The position numbers were made by a program, and so were the translations under genes. From contig JAPEUI010000032.1 in the NCBI GenBank assembly GCA_026025075.1, forward strand, positions 62,001 through 126,000: DNA of 64,000 nucleotides. The letters run 5' to 3'. Under the pieces are notes generated by a model. That model ran no database searches and had not been told where the DNA came from. It saw nothing but the letters and a program-made list of their open reading frames with translations. Source of the stretch: Vezdaea acicularis. Its lineage: Eukaryota. This document shows, in pieces, positions 1 through 11,094 of this stretch. Within the stretch, counting starts at the first letter, position 1, and every line of letters starts with the position of its first letter.

Positions 1-16
1 ATGACTCGGTGCTTAC

Positions 17-106
17 CTGAGCAGTAGCTTGAAGGTGTTGCGGCGATGGTAGTATCGATTGCATTATTTTCAACAATGTTGCCGCTGAAGGAGGAGGCCT
101 TGTCAT
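17..106 (-). CDS. Possible first coding exon of a gene running off the left edge (product unknown)
   Basis: In-frame ATGs at 106 and 64 read MTRPPPSAATLLKIMQSILPSPQHLQATAQ and end at a CAG|GTAAGC donor (intron starts at 16). About 1.8 kb with no recognised gene lies upstream. No family recognised. Confidence 0.35.
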
Positions 107-1940
107 TGCCAGGTGAGCTCGCAGGTAGTGGGGATTGAGACGGAGACAAGTGCCCACTTCAAAGGCTCCAGTGCCAACACAAGTCGTCTACCGTGACACT
201 TCAAATTGGTGCAGTACTAGAGTGCGACGGGCCAAGCGTTCCGAGGAAGTGGCGGTAGGGCGAACGAGTGTTCGAGAGTCGAGGAAGGATTGAGCAACGG
301 GGAACTCACGGCCGTCACAACGCGAAAACGGCGAGTCGGGGAAAGGATTCAGATATGAAGGTTGCCGAGGGCGCTCGGGGAGAGACAGTTTGGTTATGGT
401 CGATTCATAAATGGCTAGCGGCTAAGGAACATCTGAACGGAGTTGCGATGCGTAGAGAAAAGGTATGTGGGTATGTCATCCGTCTGCTTACGCAGGTGGG
501 TCAGACGGTCAGTAGTGCACGCACAAGTCGTATAGCAGCGACAAAGCAAGAGGGTTCGCCAAGCACGCCGTGGAGGTTGCTCCTACAGTATACGCTCCTC
601 ATTCACTCTGAGCAGTGAAGGGTGGGCGGACGCTGGCTATCTGGCTACCGGCGCTTGGCCCTAGCAATTTGGGACCATGTCCTTGTAGACAAACGCGATT
701 ACTAGGCGCTAGGGCAGCGATCACAATGAGCTCACCGAGGCAAGAAAGAGAGATGTGCAGCACAAGGGGCGGGTCAAGCTTGTGCAGATGGGCCCCCTCT
801 CCTATGCTACGACTTATGTTCAAAAGCCGCAGTCGATATGCCCCTTGAAGGCTATTCGATCACCTCTTCGCCGGCATGCATCAACTAAGTTCTGACCAGG
901 CGAGCGCCACGACCGAAGTGCATTGATGATGTAAGAAAATCTGGCGCCAATCATCTTCAAAAGGCCCCCTCCGGCGCATCTTCCACGGTGAGGAGCCCTC
1001 CCGGATTGCAGCGGTCCCGTCCTCAGGGCCTTCTCTTTGCCGCATCGGACATGGTCCCGAGGAGTACTGTTGCGGCACAGAACGCTGGCTTCAGGATGAG
1101 GATGAGGGAGAGGGGCATCCCGCGCCCATTTTGAAGCTGAAGCATGGCGCTATATTGCATAATCCTCGCGGCCGCTGCCATCCGCCGGCTTCAAAGGATC
1201 CCCGTGGATTATTAATGCGCGGGGCTTGCACGCCCAATGAGAGACGACCGCCAACTACGGACGCGTATGTTTTTGAGAGACATGTCTATCCGTCAAGGAG
1301 AGCAAAAAGCATCGGTGTGACAACGGCAGTCACCGGAAGAGAGAAAAGTCATGGGGCTGAACGACTGTGGGTTGGGCTATCGCAGGATTACGTAAAATGT
1401 TTGTCATGGCCTGGGGGCTTCGGCCACTCATCGCGACCTTTCTCCATGTGCCATGGACAATGTCGCAAGCTCCGCAGTCAGTCTGGAGACTTTTTTGACA
1501 GAGCTACCAGTGTCTCGTGCGTTCTAGGGTCTAGTGGGGTACAAGCAATTGTGGCGCTTTCTTTGCTTCCCTCGGTCCCGTTTTGTCAACTATCTTTTCT
1601 CTCGAAGCATTTGGTGCGTCCAAGTTTTCATGCACATCTCACCGGTCGAGTGCGACCACGCGGCTTAAGGTCCGCTCCACACAACTGACACCTGTGAGAG
1701 ACTTGCCCAATCAGTGAAACCCTAGACCTAGGTGTTTCTCCGTTTGACATGCCCTGGCGGTCCTTCACCCGTTACCCAAACCCCACTACTACCCTCGCAT
1801 CAGTCCACCAAAGACTGCCAGGTCTCCCTCTCCTTACCAGACGCCATAATCCCACGTGAAAACTACGCGACGTAGCAATTGAACGACGCGTATCAGAAAG
1901 TTTATTGATTACTGGACACAAGGGTCTAATCTTGATTTCG

Positions 1941-2712
1941 ATGAGCTGTACAACTCCAAGACGATTGTATACCCGAGCTTGCGTGCTTAGACCAAGAGTT
2001 TTAGGTGCTTACTCACCATCACCTCGCCATTCGCTATGGCTGCGGCGAATCCCGAGCAATCCGAGTAGTCCGGTTCAAGAGCTTGCCATATCAGGAGGGT
2101 CTATCAAAGTGGCTCCATACCATACGACGGCGACCATCCGGATGCCAGACAACCTACCAATCTTTTCTGAAGGCGAAGAGGTGGAGACCCTGTCTGAAAA
2201 AGTCTCTAGCTTACTCGTCATTGGAGGCGGTAGGTGGACATTAAGTAAAGATCGAAAAGGCATAGAACGTGATTTTCAATTCTCAACATTCAAGAAGACC
2301 TGGGTAAGGGTTTTTGACCTTTGCTTCGCACTCAGACTACGCTAACGAGATTTGTAGAAGTTTATGAACATTGTAGCAGAAGAATGCATGGTCCAACGGC
2401 ATCATCCTGAGTGGTCAAATGTTCGAGAGACCTCCACCTTAGGGTTGAATTGAGCATGCTGATCTTCCTCGCTAGGTCTATAACAAGGCTTACATCCGAT
2501 GGACTACTCATTCGCCATCGGGCTTGTCCTTGAAAGATGTTCTTATGGCAGAGTTCTGTGATAAGCACTCTGCCGAACTTGGTGAAGTTGGGGGAGACAG
2601 AAATTCATCTCGAAAAGGAGATAGCACGACTAAAGATCTTGCGGACCGCATAGGGGAGGAAAACTGCGGGATCTGTGCCCCTCCATCTTCTCAAGTCAAG
2701 ATATCCCCCTGA
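1941..2712 (+). CDS. Pterin-4-alpha-carbinolamine dehydratase (PCD/PCBD family) with an Arg-rich N-terminal extension
   Basis: Exons 1941-2303, 2358-2420, 2476-2712. Spliced protein has W-x7-IERDFQFSTFKKTWKFM...HHPEWSNVYNKAYIRWTTHSPSGLSLKDVLMA, the PCD HHP/TTH signature. Confidence 0.9.
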
Positions 2713-3610
2713 CATATGCTATCCATCTATGTCGTATTCTCCTTTCGAGATACAAAGGCATTTCAGTTGGACGGCTTAACTCGTCGACAAAAACCCTATG
2801 AATCCTCCAAGAGGCACGGGAAATGAGCTCGGACGATGAAGCTTCTCAAGACATGACGGGGATACCTCCCAGAGATAGGGGTCATTGGCTTAGACGTTAA
2901 CCTGATCTCAAATTCCCTTTCCCGCTTTTGAAGGCAAGAGCAACTGGATCAGGCCACTTAAGCTCTCGACAGCCGAGCTATAATCTATTCGGAATAATAG
3001 GGCTACGCATTTAGAACATTCATCTCTCGACAGCCATCCTAACCGCCATCTCGAACGATCCGAACACCAAACGTCTACCTTGAGATTTAAGGGTCCACCA
3101 AATCATTTGCATCACCTGACAGATCTCTCCGTCAACATACCTCTAGCGCGACCTTGGAAGGCAGGTGTCAATCTACTACTTCATCCCTGCCTGGTATAGG
3201 GGTTTAAGGGCAAGAGAAGGGGAAAAGACTTGAGATGTGTTCGTTGTCCTCGTACCAGGCCTTTCCCCGAAAGCACGTTTCGCGGATTGAGGAGAAAATT
3301 CAATGTAGAATTATGTATTAGGGGTTCCAACCGGATGAGGTTTGGCCAGGAGAATCCCCTTTCTTCAAGGGCTTTCCAGTCAGGACTCTTTCATCTATGA
3401 ACGCCATCTGGACTATCTAATGAGCCCCGTCTAATCATGAAAAGTGCCCTTCGGATCATCACGACGACCATGCTAATTTCAATAAGGAGAAGTCTTCACG
3501 CAAGCCCCGCATTGCCATTATGCACAAAACCACCCAATTGAACGCTCCCTCGTTCCCGCCACGCACCCCATTCCCCCTGAGCCCTGCTCCCATCTCCAAC
3601 ATTGGCCAAT

Positions 3611-4588
3611 CTAAGACACTTTCTTCGACTCTCGGTTCAACTTCGCCAACTTCCTCTCCCGCCTCCTCTTTGCCGCCTCGGGCCCACTCTCCGTATCAGC
3701 AATATAATCCCACCAGCGGAAACTGCTCGAATAGTTCCCGATGAAGCGCTCATGATGAACATCATGATGCTCAGCCCCCGCCCAGAAGGGCAAGAAGTTA
3801 TGCAAGCTCCACGGAAAATCGTAACCGCTATGCGCGTCGATCGCCTGGAACAGACGCAACACAATCCAGATATACATTGTCAGTATATGCAGGTCCCTGG
3901 TGACCGCGCACCAGATGATGGGGCAGAACACCGTTCCGAAGCCCAGCAGCATGATCTCAATTGGCGACGCGTATTCGGCTGCCATCCCGAAGGGAGCGCT
4001 GTACTGGTGGTGGATCTTATGGATGTTCTTATACAGCGGACCCCAATGCAGCGCACGATGGCTCCAATAGTGCCACGTATCCTCGACGATGAAGAAAATC
4101 GCAATCTGGTACGCCATCGTGAGCAAGCTTGGGAAGGGTACACCCGTGCTCAGCCCGAAATACTGCGCCATGGGGTGGAAGAGCCAGATCTGTGGCAGCT
4201 CGACGGTGAAATGGCACAGTAGGACAAATTTCGCACACGCCCATTGCTCGGCTGCCGTGGGGACTTTTTGGGACTGGATCTTGTAGTGGTTGAAGTAGGG
4301 GATCTTATCGAGGATGAGCCAAGGGAGGGAACGTCCGAAATACACGAGTTCATGCATTGCGAAGGACATGATGCCAGTCGCGAGCACGTCGTTTTGCATG
4401 TATGCGTACCACGCTGCCCATAGCTTTTCGAAGATGTTCAGATGCACATTGTAGGCGGATATGGCGTCGTATTGACCCCAGTAGGTGGGGGCCGCTGCTG
4501 CGAAGGGATCGGTGACGTTCCTGGCTTTGTATCAATTTGTTGTACTAGAAGGGCATTTCATTCATCTCAATTGAGGCAAAACTCACAT
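3611..4588 (-). CDS. ERG25: C-4 methylsterol oxidase
   Basis: His boxes HRALH, HKIHH and HHDVHH, plus FQAIDAHSGYDFPWS. Exons 4588-4587 (AT) and 4520-3611, separated by intron 4586-4521 (GTGAGT...CAG). 303 aa. Confidence 0.95.
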
Positions 4589-4758
4589 GGCGAAGAGCCA
4601 CGAGCTGGACAAGCTCGTCGGCAAACTCAAATAACGATATGAGCCTCGTAGGAAAAGAATTGATGCGGAGGTGCTTGTAGGAGGTTTTGAGGTTTGAGGT
4701 GAATTTGATGGGGGACTTTTTTGCACGGGTCAACGATTTCAGGAACAAGCGAATGCCG

Positions 4759-4835
4759 GTGGTCTGATTCGCTAATCTGTCGCCACGCCTGCACGACGGC
4801 AGCAGGGAGCGACCCTTTGCCGAGTGGTCTGATTC
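4759..4835 (-). promoter_or_regulatory. Two identical SRE-like elements (GAATCAGACCAC) upstream of ERG25
   Basis: GTGGTCTGATTC occurs at 4759-4770 and 4824-4835. The reverse-complement core ATCAGACCAC resembles the SREBP site ATCACCCCAC. An E-box TCACGTG lies at 4963-4969. Confidence 0.55.
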
Positions 4836-5395
4836 TGTTTCGGGTGCGCTGCGGTGCCGGACGATCGGTTTGAAGGTGCAATAGTGACGGATCTACTGAT
4901 GTTGTAAGATCTCATTTCTCCGGAAACTTCAACTTGATATGCTTAGGTGGTATTTTACATTTTCACGTGCTTTTGAAGGCTGCTGAGAGCTCACTTGTTG
5001 TTTTGCGTTACCACTAGAACCCGCTTATGGTTGCCTGGTCATTCTGACAACGTTCCGGGTAAAGCTTCCCCATTTCCCTTGTCCCATACCAGCATAGAAA
5101 GACCTAAATACCCAAAAAGTAGCATAGACTCCACCAAGGCCTAGTTTGGACTGAAAGTAAATGACCGTGACTACCATTTTCGAATTACAGGCAATGGCAT
5201 AGCTCATTAATGCTCCCTCTGCGATTTGACGTCATTGTTTAGACATTTACAGTCGCTAATTCCCGGTTTGCGCGGAGAGCCGCACTATGGAGGAAGCTAT
5301 GTAAAAACATCCCCTTTGTGGCCTGAGGTTGGACATGAAATTGGGTCAGATGATCCAAGTCCTACCTTATCCATGCCAGTAAAACGGTAGCCGCT

Positions 5396-7618
5396 ATGTC
5401 GTTTGTCGTAGAGTAAGTTTGTTATCCAATAACTCTGACGACGTCTCGTGCTCATCTCGTCCCTAGCCAGGTCCGTCGAGTCGACGGGCAATTAGACCGC
5501 GTACAGCTTTCAATCCTGTCGGCAACGGCAGAGACAACGGCCGCAGCACCTGCAGAAAGAGAAGCGACACCAGAACTGCAGCAGAAGCTCAAAGTTTCTC
5601 GTTCACCCAGAGCGCTTCGGCTTCAAGCAGTCGTGAATGCGCTTTCTACAAACAACGCTTCGAATTCCCTGCTAGATGCTTACACCATCAAGAGCTTACT
5701 GTCTCAGGCGAAGATCAGAGATGTCGAAGACGGGGATAGCGCACCCAAAGGGGATGAGGAAGCGTACATTCAGGAGCTTGAGTGGCTCGTTGTGGGCAAA
5801 GCAACCGCTCAGACATATGGACTGGTCCTCAATATTCTTCTTTCGCAGATAATTCCCCTGAATGATGATATTTGGTACTGGGATGACGTTCTGAGCTCAT
5901 ACCGGTATACCGCGCTCTACTCAATCCAAACATCTCCACTTCGGCTCCTTGCTTGGACAAAGGACATCTATAAAGACGCGACGACGCGGCTGAACAACAG
6001 GAGGGAGCTCAGTGTGGACTCTGATACCCCAGAATCAACGACTGACGGATTCGAGCCGCCGAGAAGCTTCTCGGATCGATGGAAGCAATTCTACGGCGTA
6101 GTACGAGAGAGTGTCAACGCAAGGGCGATATCAGACATCCAGAAAACGGTCATATCGCCCTTGACAGCTCGGCGAGAGGAAGTAAAGGCAAAGCAAAAGC
6201 AGTTGAGGCATTTCATTGAATTGAGCGCGAGCGGGTTAGGTGTCTTGATGGACGAAGGACTCAGTTTCGGCTTGGACGAAGAGCGAACTGGCTCTTTGAA
6301 GTCTTCCAACGGTTCTAAAGATAGCAAAGATACATGGAAAGGGGTTTTGGAGAAGAGCGTTGCGTTGATGGAGACCGTCCTAAAGAATGTCACAGCTACA
6401 GATGTAGAAATCCATGACTTTGAGGAAACTGTCTTTGCAGGAGTGGAGGACGAACCGGATGTCTCCGTGCAGGAGGGCATCGCAGCAGAAACACCATCCC
6501 GGCCAGGCGCGTTATCAATGAGGCTGGAACACGTTCTCAATGTTTACGTCCCGGCGCATACGCTGAGTAGTAATCAGCTTGTGAAAGAATTTGGCCGTCC
6601 TTCTGCTCTCGTCCGCTACTGGTTGCCAGCGACCATTCTCCTACTCTCCGGAAGCACTCTCCTTCGATTTATAGTCAATCGGAAAGCGGTGCTCAAAACT
6701 TGGATACAAGATCTAGGGGCGACGATGATTGACTTTTGGGCAAACTGGGTCGTTCAGCCTGTGAAGAAGATTATCGGTACGATTCGCCATGACGAAGATA
6801 GTGAGGTTGCCATCATGAGTAAGCGCAGCCTTCAAGGCGACCAGGAGAGTCTGGAGCGAATGGTGGTATCGTTTGTGGTCGATAACCCAACGACGGTTGA
6901 TGGTCACTCATTGAGCCAGACTGAGATTGCGGATGTTCGTCTTAAAGTCAAGGAAGGAGATCTGACTCCTGTGTTGAAAGCATATGAAAGGGATCTTCGA
7001 AAGCCGTTCATGGGTACAGTCAGGGGCGACCTCATCAGAGCGTTGCTTATACAGATCCAGAAAACAAAGGTTGACGTGGAAGTTGCAATTGGAGGTATCG
7101 ATGCTCTTCTAAAGAGTCAAGAGCTCGTATTTGGGTTGGTTCATTTCATTTCATGTCAAGCTCTGTTGCTCTGTGTACTAATCTAGATCTAGGTTTGTCG
7201 GCCTTACTCCCGGAGTCCTGGTCTGCCTTGGAGTTTTCCGATGGCTGAATGGAGTCTTCGGAAGCAAGCAAGGATTCAATCGCGGGAAGAAGCAGGGACA
7301 AATTATGAGAGTGTTGAGGTAGGCTTAATTTTGGGGAGAGGACGTTCTCACAGGTCTGATGACTCTTTTAGGAACATTGATCGTATTTTGACTGAAGCTT
7401 CATCTTCTAACAACAACGATCTATCTTATAGAGCATACGGTCTGCTGCTTTGCGAAGTCCATGTTCTTCGACAAGAAGTGAAGCGTATCTTACCTAAAAC
7501 CCCTCACCGTGACTTCTTGGAAGATGTCGAGGACCTGATAGATATCAGAACTGGGATACAAAAGCAGCTTAAAGTTGTCGATAGGATACGTTGGGCTTAT
7601 GCCAAATGGTTAAGATGA
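5396..7618 (+). CDS. NCA2: Nuclear control of ATP synthase protein 2 (NCA2 family)
   Basis: Exons 5396-5412, 5467-7134, 7193-7318, 7372-7618. Motifs YSIQTSPLRL, RPSALVRYWLP, ESLERMV and GDLIRALLIQIQKTKVDVEVAIGGIDALLKSQELVFGFVGLTPG. Confidence 0.92.
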
Positions 7619-8425
7619 TAGTCGCTAGAACGAAGTACGTGCATCGAATACAGCATTGGCATACTCTAGATCAGGATGGTTTTAATGCACTTACGAAAAG
7701 CGCTAGCATAGCGGGGGTGGGAATCTGGCATGAGTGGGAGTTCTTCTCTGGTCGACTACCTGTTGAAGCATTGAGTTTGGAAGGAGAACCAGCCATTAGG
7801 GCAATAATCCCTCATCTAGCATCATTAGTATAAGTCGAGGTAGCTCTTTAATGACTTTGCCCGCAAGACCAAGATATTCCAAACTAGCTTGACAGAATAA
7901 GATGGGAGAAGCTGATAAGTATTGATAACTGAAAAATAACTGACATTCTCGGAAACGCCTAGAATTAGCTTCAGCTACAGCTTTCCTGAGTGCCAGTTGA
8001 CGTTATGATAACTGCCGTTTTCGCTACGTAGTGAGAGGCCCGCTTAATTGGAGCATGCGACTGCAGCAAGTAATCTTGCTCTGTAGCGCTCGGCGGCAAT
8101 CTTTCTGCATATTCAACAACACCTGATTAACGCGACTCACCGAAGTGGTCTCAGATTACCCCAAAGATTGCATTCCCCTTCGAAGGCACCCATCTATTTG
8201 TGGGCGAGCATTGGCAGATATCTCATCGCTACTGCTAGTCTGTCCGAAGTTGCTGTAGCCTCAGGAACCACCCATCGTTTCCACAGAAATTCTCCCTCTT
8301 AGTGCGGTCACTGCGGCTTTGCTACTAGATTTTGCACTCATTCACGTATACCGAATCTTCACCGTGTCGACCTAAGTCGAATACATCACACAGGTGACCA
8401 GTGAATCCGCACAAGCCAATATAAA

Positions 8426-9193
8426 ATGGCTGGCACAAGAAATTATGACTTCTTGGTACGTTTAGGCACACGTGTTGCTACAACTCCCTCTAATTAGATG
8501 ATGGTATCCGAAGCTGACCTCTCTTGATTTCAGATCAAGTTACTACTGATTGGAGATTCTGGCGTCGGAAAGTCCTGCTGCCTATTACGGTTCAGCGAAG
8601 ACTCGTTTACACCTTCTTTCATTACTACAATCGGCATTGACTTCAAGATCCGGACGATCGAACTTGATGGGAAGCGAGTGAAGCTGCAGATATGGGATAC
8701 AGCCGGTCAAGAAAGATTCAGGACGATCACAACCGCATACTATAGAGGCGCTATGGGCATTCTGTTAGTTTATGACGTAACGGATGAGAGATCATTCAAT
8801 AGTAAGTCCATAAACTTCTGCCTATTTCCGTATATGTGTAAAATTTACTTAAGCTGACGATCTTTAGATATTCGGACATGGTTTTCAAACGTAGAGCAGC
8901 ATGCCACAGAAGGTGTCAACAAGATCCTTATTGGCAATAAGTGTGACTGGGATGAGAAAAGGGTTGTCTCAACAGAACGAGGACAGCAGCTTGCCAACGA
9001 GCTCGGTATACCTTTTCTAGAAGTGTCTGCCAAAAACAATATCAATGTAGAAAAGGCATTCTACAGTCTAGCGTCCGATATCAAGAAGAGAATCATCGAC
9101 ACCTCAAAATCAGATGCTTCGGTTGCTCAAAGCGTAGACGTCAGTAATCAACACACCGCGGGTGGTAATGCGTTTGGTGGCAAATGCTGTTGA
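8426..9193 (+). CDS. SEC4: Rab8/Sec4-family small GTPase (absent from the ORF track because of introns)
   Basis: Exons 8426-8455, 8534-8801, 8868-9193. Motifs [60 protein letters not shown] and C-terminal CC. Confidence 0.96.
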
Positions 9194-9593
9194 TCTTGGC
9201 GTATGGATGTCGTTGCTGGAAATCCTGGGGCGGCTGGGACTGAATACGCATAGATGCGAGGCAGGCAAGACGGGATTGGGTTTCGGATATACTGCTGTGT
9301 CCGAGCGAGCGTGAGAATTTGTGAGAAGAGGGCCGGAGCGAATGACAGGGGGGGAATGGGTGCGAGGCCAACTTCTGTAGCTTGACTGTGATTTCCTTTG
9401 GCGCATCCCCTCGTGCATTACATCCAAGGAGTGTTTGCTCTATTCCTAATGTACTCCAGATAGCATGCATGTCTAATACTGTCCGTTGAACTTATTTACA
9501 TGTATGTGAATCATAGCACAGTATATACGCCAGTATATATATACAACTGGGATAGCACGACATAATAAAGTCCATACCACTATGAGTACTGGT

Positions 9594-10886
9594 TCACCAG
9601 AGATACTCGACGTGCATTAGTGGAGTAGTCTCTTCCTCGACAATAGGCTTCCTGCCAGGTGGATATGGCATCAGATGCCAAGCCCTTACGAACCTCATTG
9701 CCTCAGCCTGATGTCTAAATGCAATGGTCCAACGCTGCAACTTCTGCTCTTGCCGTTCCCGTCCACCGGAGCGTGGCCGCTCCTCGGAAGACGGGGAATT
9801 GATCCCCAGTACAGCATTGTATTCAGCCAACCCCCAACCCAGCTGCCGATCCTGGCCATCCTCGAATATCGCCCGCCGAATATCCTCTTCCCGAAGTCTA
9901 AGCCCCTCCACGTGGAACGATACCAGTGTCTCATTTTTTACCTGAGACTCGACTATGCGTCCATCCCCCCCTTCCTCAAACAGCTTCCTGATGACCGGCG
10001 AGTACGGCGCATGCAGTATCCTAAGCGCCAAGTTCTGACTCGCTCCCACAAGCGAGAACATCTGTATGACCTCGTAGACGTCTTCTCCATCGATGATATA
10101 CCCTGGCGGCGGCACCATCACGGAGTGCAAGTTTTCAGGCGTATATTGCTTCACCAGCTTGTGGAGGGTATGCGCTCGTTCAAGATAAGCGCGCGCGCCT
10201 GAGGCGGTCTTGAAGAGAATGAAGTAGTAACCAAGCGCTTCGAGAGTATTTGGGTCGCGCCCTGGTATAACTCTTACAATATCGTCTTCGTCTGACTGCC
10301 ATTGCGAGATGTGCTTGCCGCGCCTTGGGATCAGCCGCCGGAAATCTGACTCCATAAGGTGCTTCTCCGCGGCTTGAAGAACGAGCACTGCGCCATCTGG
10401 GGGGGAATGAGCGGATTGAGGCCCGTAGGCCGTAGACGGCGGTTTGTCTCTGGGCCGCTCTTTGCCCTGGCCGGTGTAGAACTCAATTGCTCGCGCTGCG
10501 TGCCGCGTCTTGCGGATATCTATTCTGTCTTCGTTCTTCATAGGTTTTTGCTCGGCCTTCCGGTCATGTTTTGGGTGTTCAGCGCGCTTTACCGGCGTAC
10601 TGTCTGCTTCAGGTATAATCGGTAGGGGCATTCTAGGGATCTCTATGTCCTTCTCGACATTACGCCTCTCGCTGGCTTTTGCTTCCCGGGCAACATACTC
10701 GGGAAATAGTTGCTTTAGGATAATGGCAGCTCGATCTTCTGGGCATAGCTGATCGCCGCTATTCTGAAGCTCTGGTTCCGGAGCCGACTGCTTCTTAGAT
10801 TTCCTGACAGACGTTCGAAGCGGGAGGGAGCGCCAGGCGAAAGAAGCGCGCAGGGATGTTGTGCGCAAGGCAGTGAGGCGGGGCAT
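9594..10886 (-). CDS. Uncharacterised protein, probably mitochondrial
   Basis: Intronless 430-aa ORF. The Arg/Ser/Thr-rich N-terminus has no acidic residues (presequence-like). The globular C-half has RRM-like segments (GYYFILFKTASGARAY; WTIAFRHQAEAMRFVRAWH). Divergent from AFG2 across about 200 bp. Confidence 0.75.
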   Translation of the reverse strand: MPRLTALRTTSLRASFAWRSLPLRTSVRKSKKQSAPEPELQNSGDQLCPEDRAAIILKQLFPEYVAREAKASERRNVEKDIEIPRMPLPIIPEADSTPVKRAEHPKHDRKAEQKPMKNEDRIDIRKTRHAARAIEFYTGQGKERPRDKPPSTAYGPQSAHSPPDGAVLVLQAAEKHLMESDFRRLIPRRGKHISQWQSDEDDIVRVIPGRDPNTLEALGYYFILFKTASGARAYLERAHTLHKLVKQYTPENLHSVMVPPPGYIIDGEDVYEVIQMFSLVGASQNLALRILHAPYSPVIRKLFEEGGDGRIVESQVKNETLVSFHVEGLRLREEDIRRAIFEDGQDRQLGWGLAEYNAVLGINSPSSEERPRSGGRERQEQKLQRWTIAFRHQAEAMRFVRAWHLMPYPPGRKPIVEEETTPLMHVEYLW

Positions 10887-11094
10887 AAAGTTATGCCTTC
10901 TACTTATCCTTAGCCCGTCGTTCTACGGGGAAAGACTATTCCCGCAAGACTACATATTTTTGCCCTGAGACAGAAGTGAGAAGCATCTCCAAATTGGAGC
11001 TCCTAAAGTTCTAGTGCGAGTGCTCGCTTACCGCCTCAGGGTTGGCCAATCCGCAACCATCTTTCTGCCGTTATTAATTCTCCACTGCGGCAAC

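Noticed and set aside
107..1940. Telomerase RNA, snRNA or cpc-1-type uORF leader in the long left intergenic region
   Set aside because: No TAACCCTAA template or snRNA motif found by eye. The short ORFs look random, so a divergent promoter/leader is the simpler reading.
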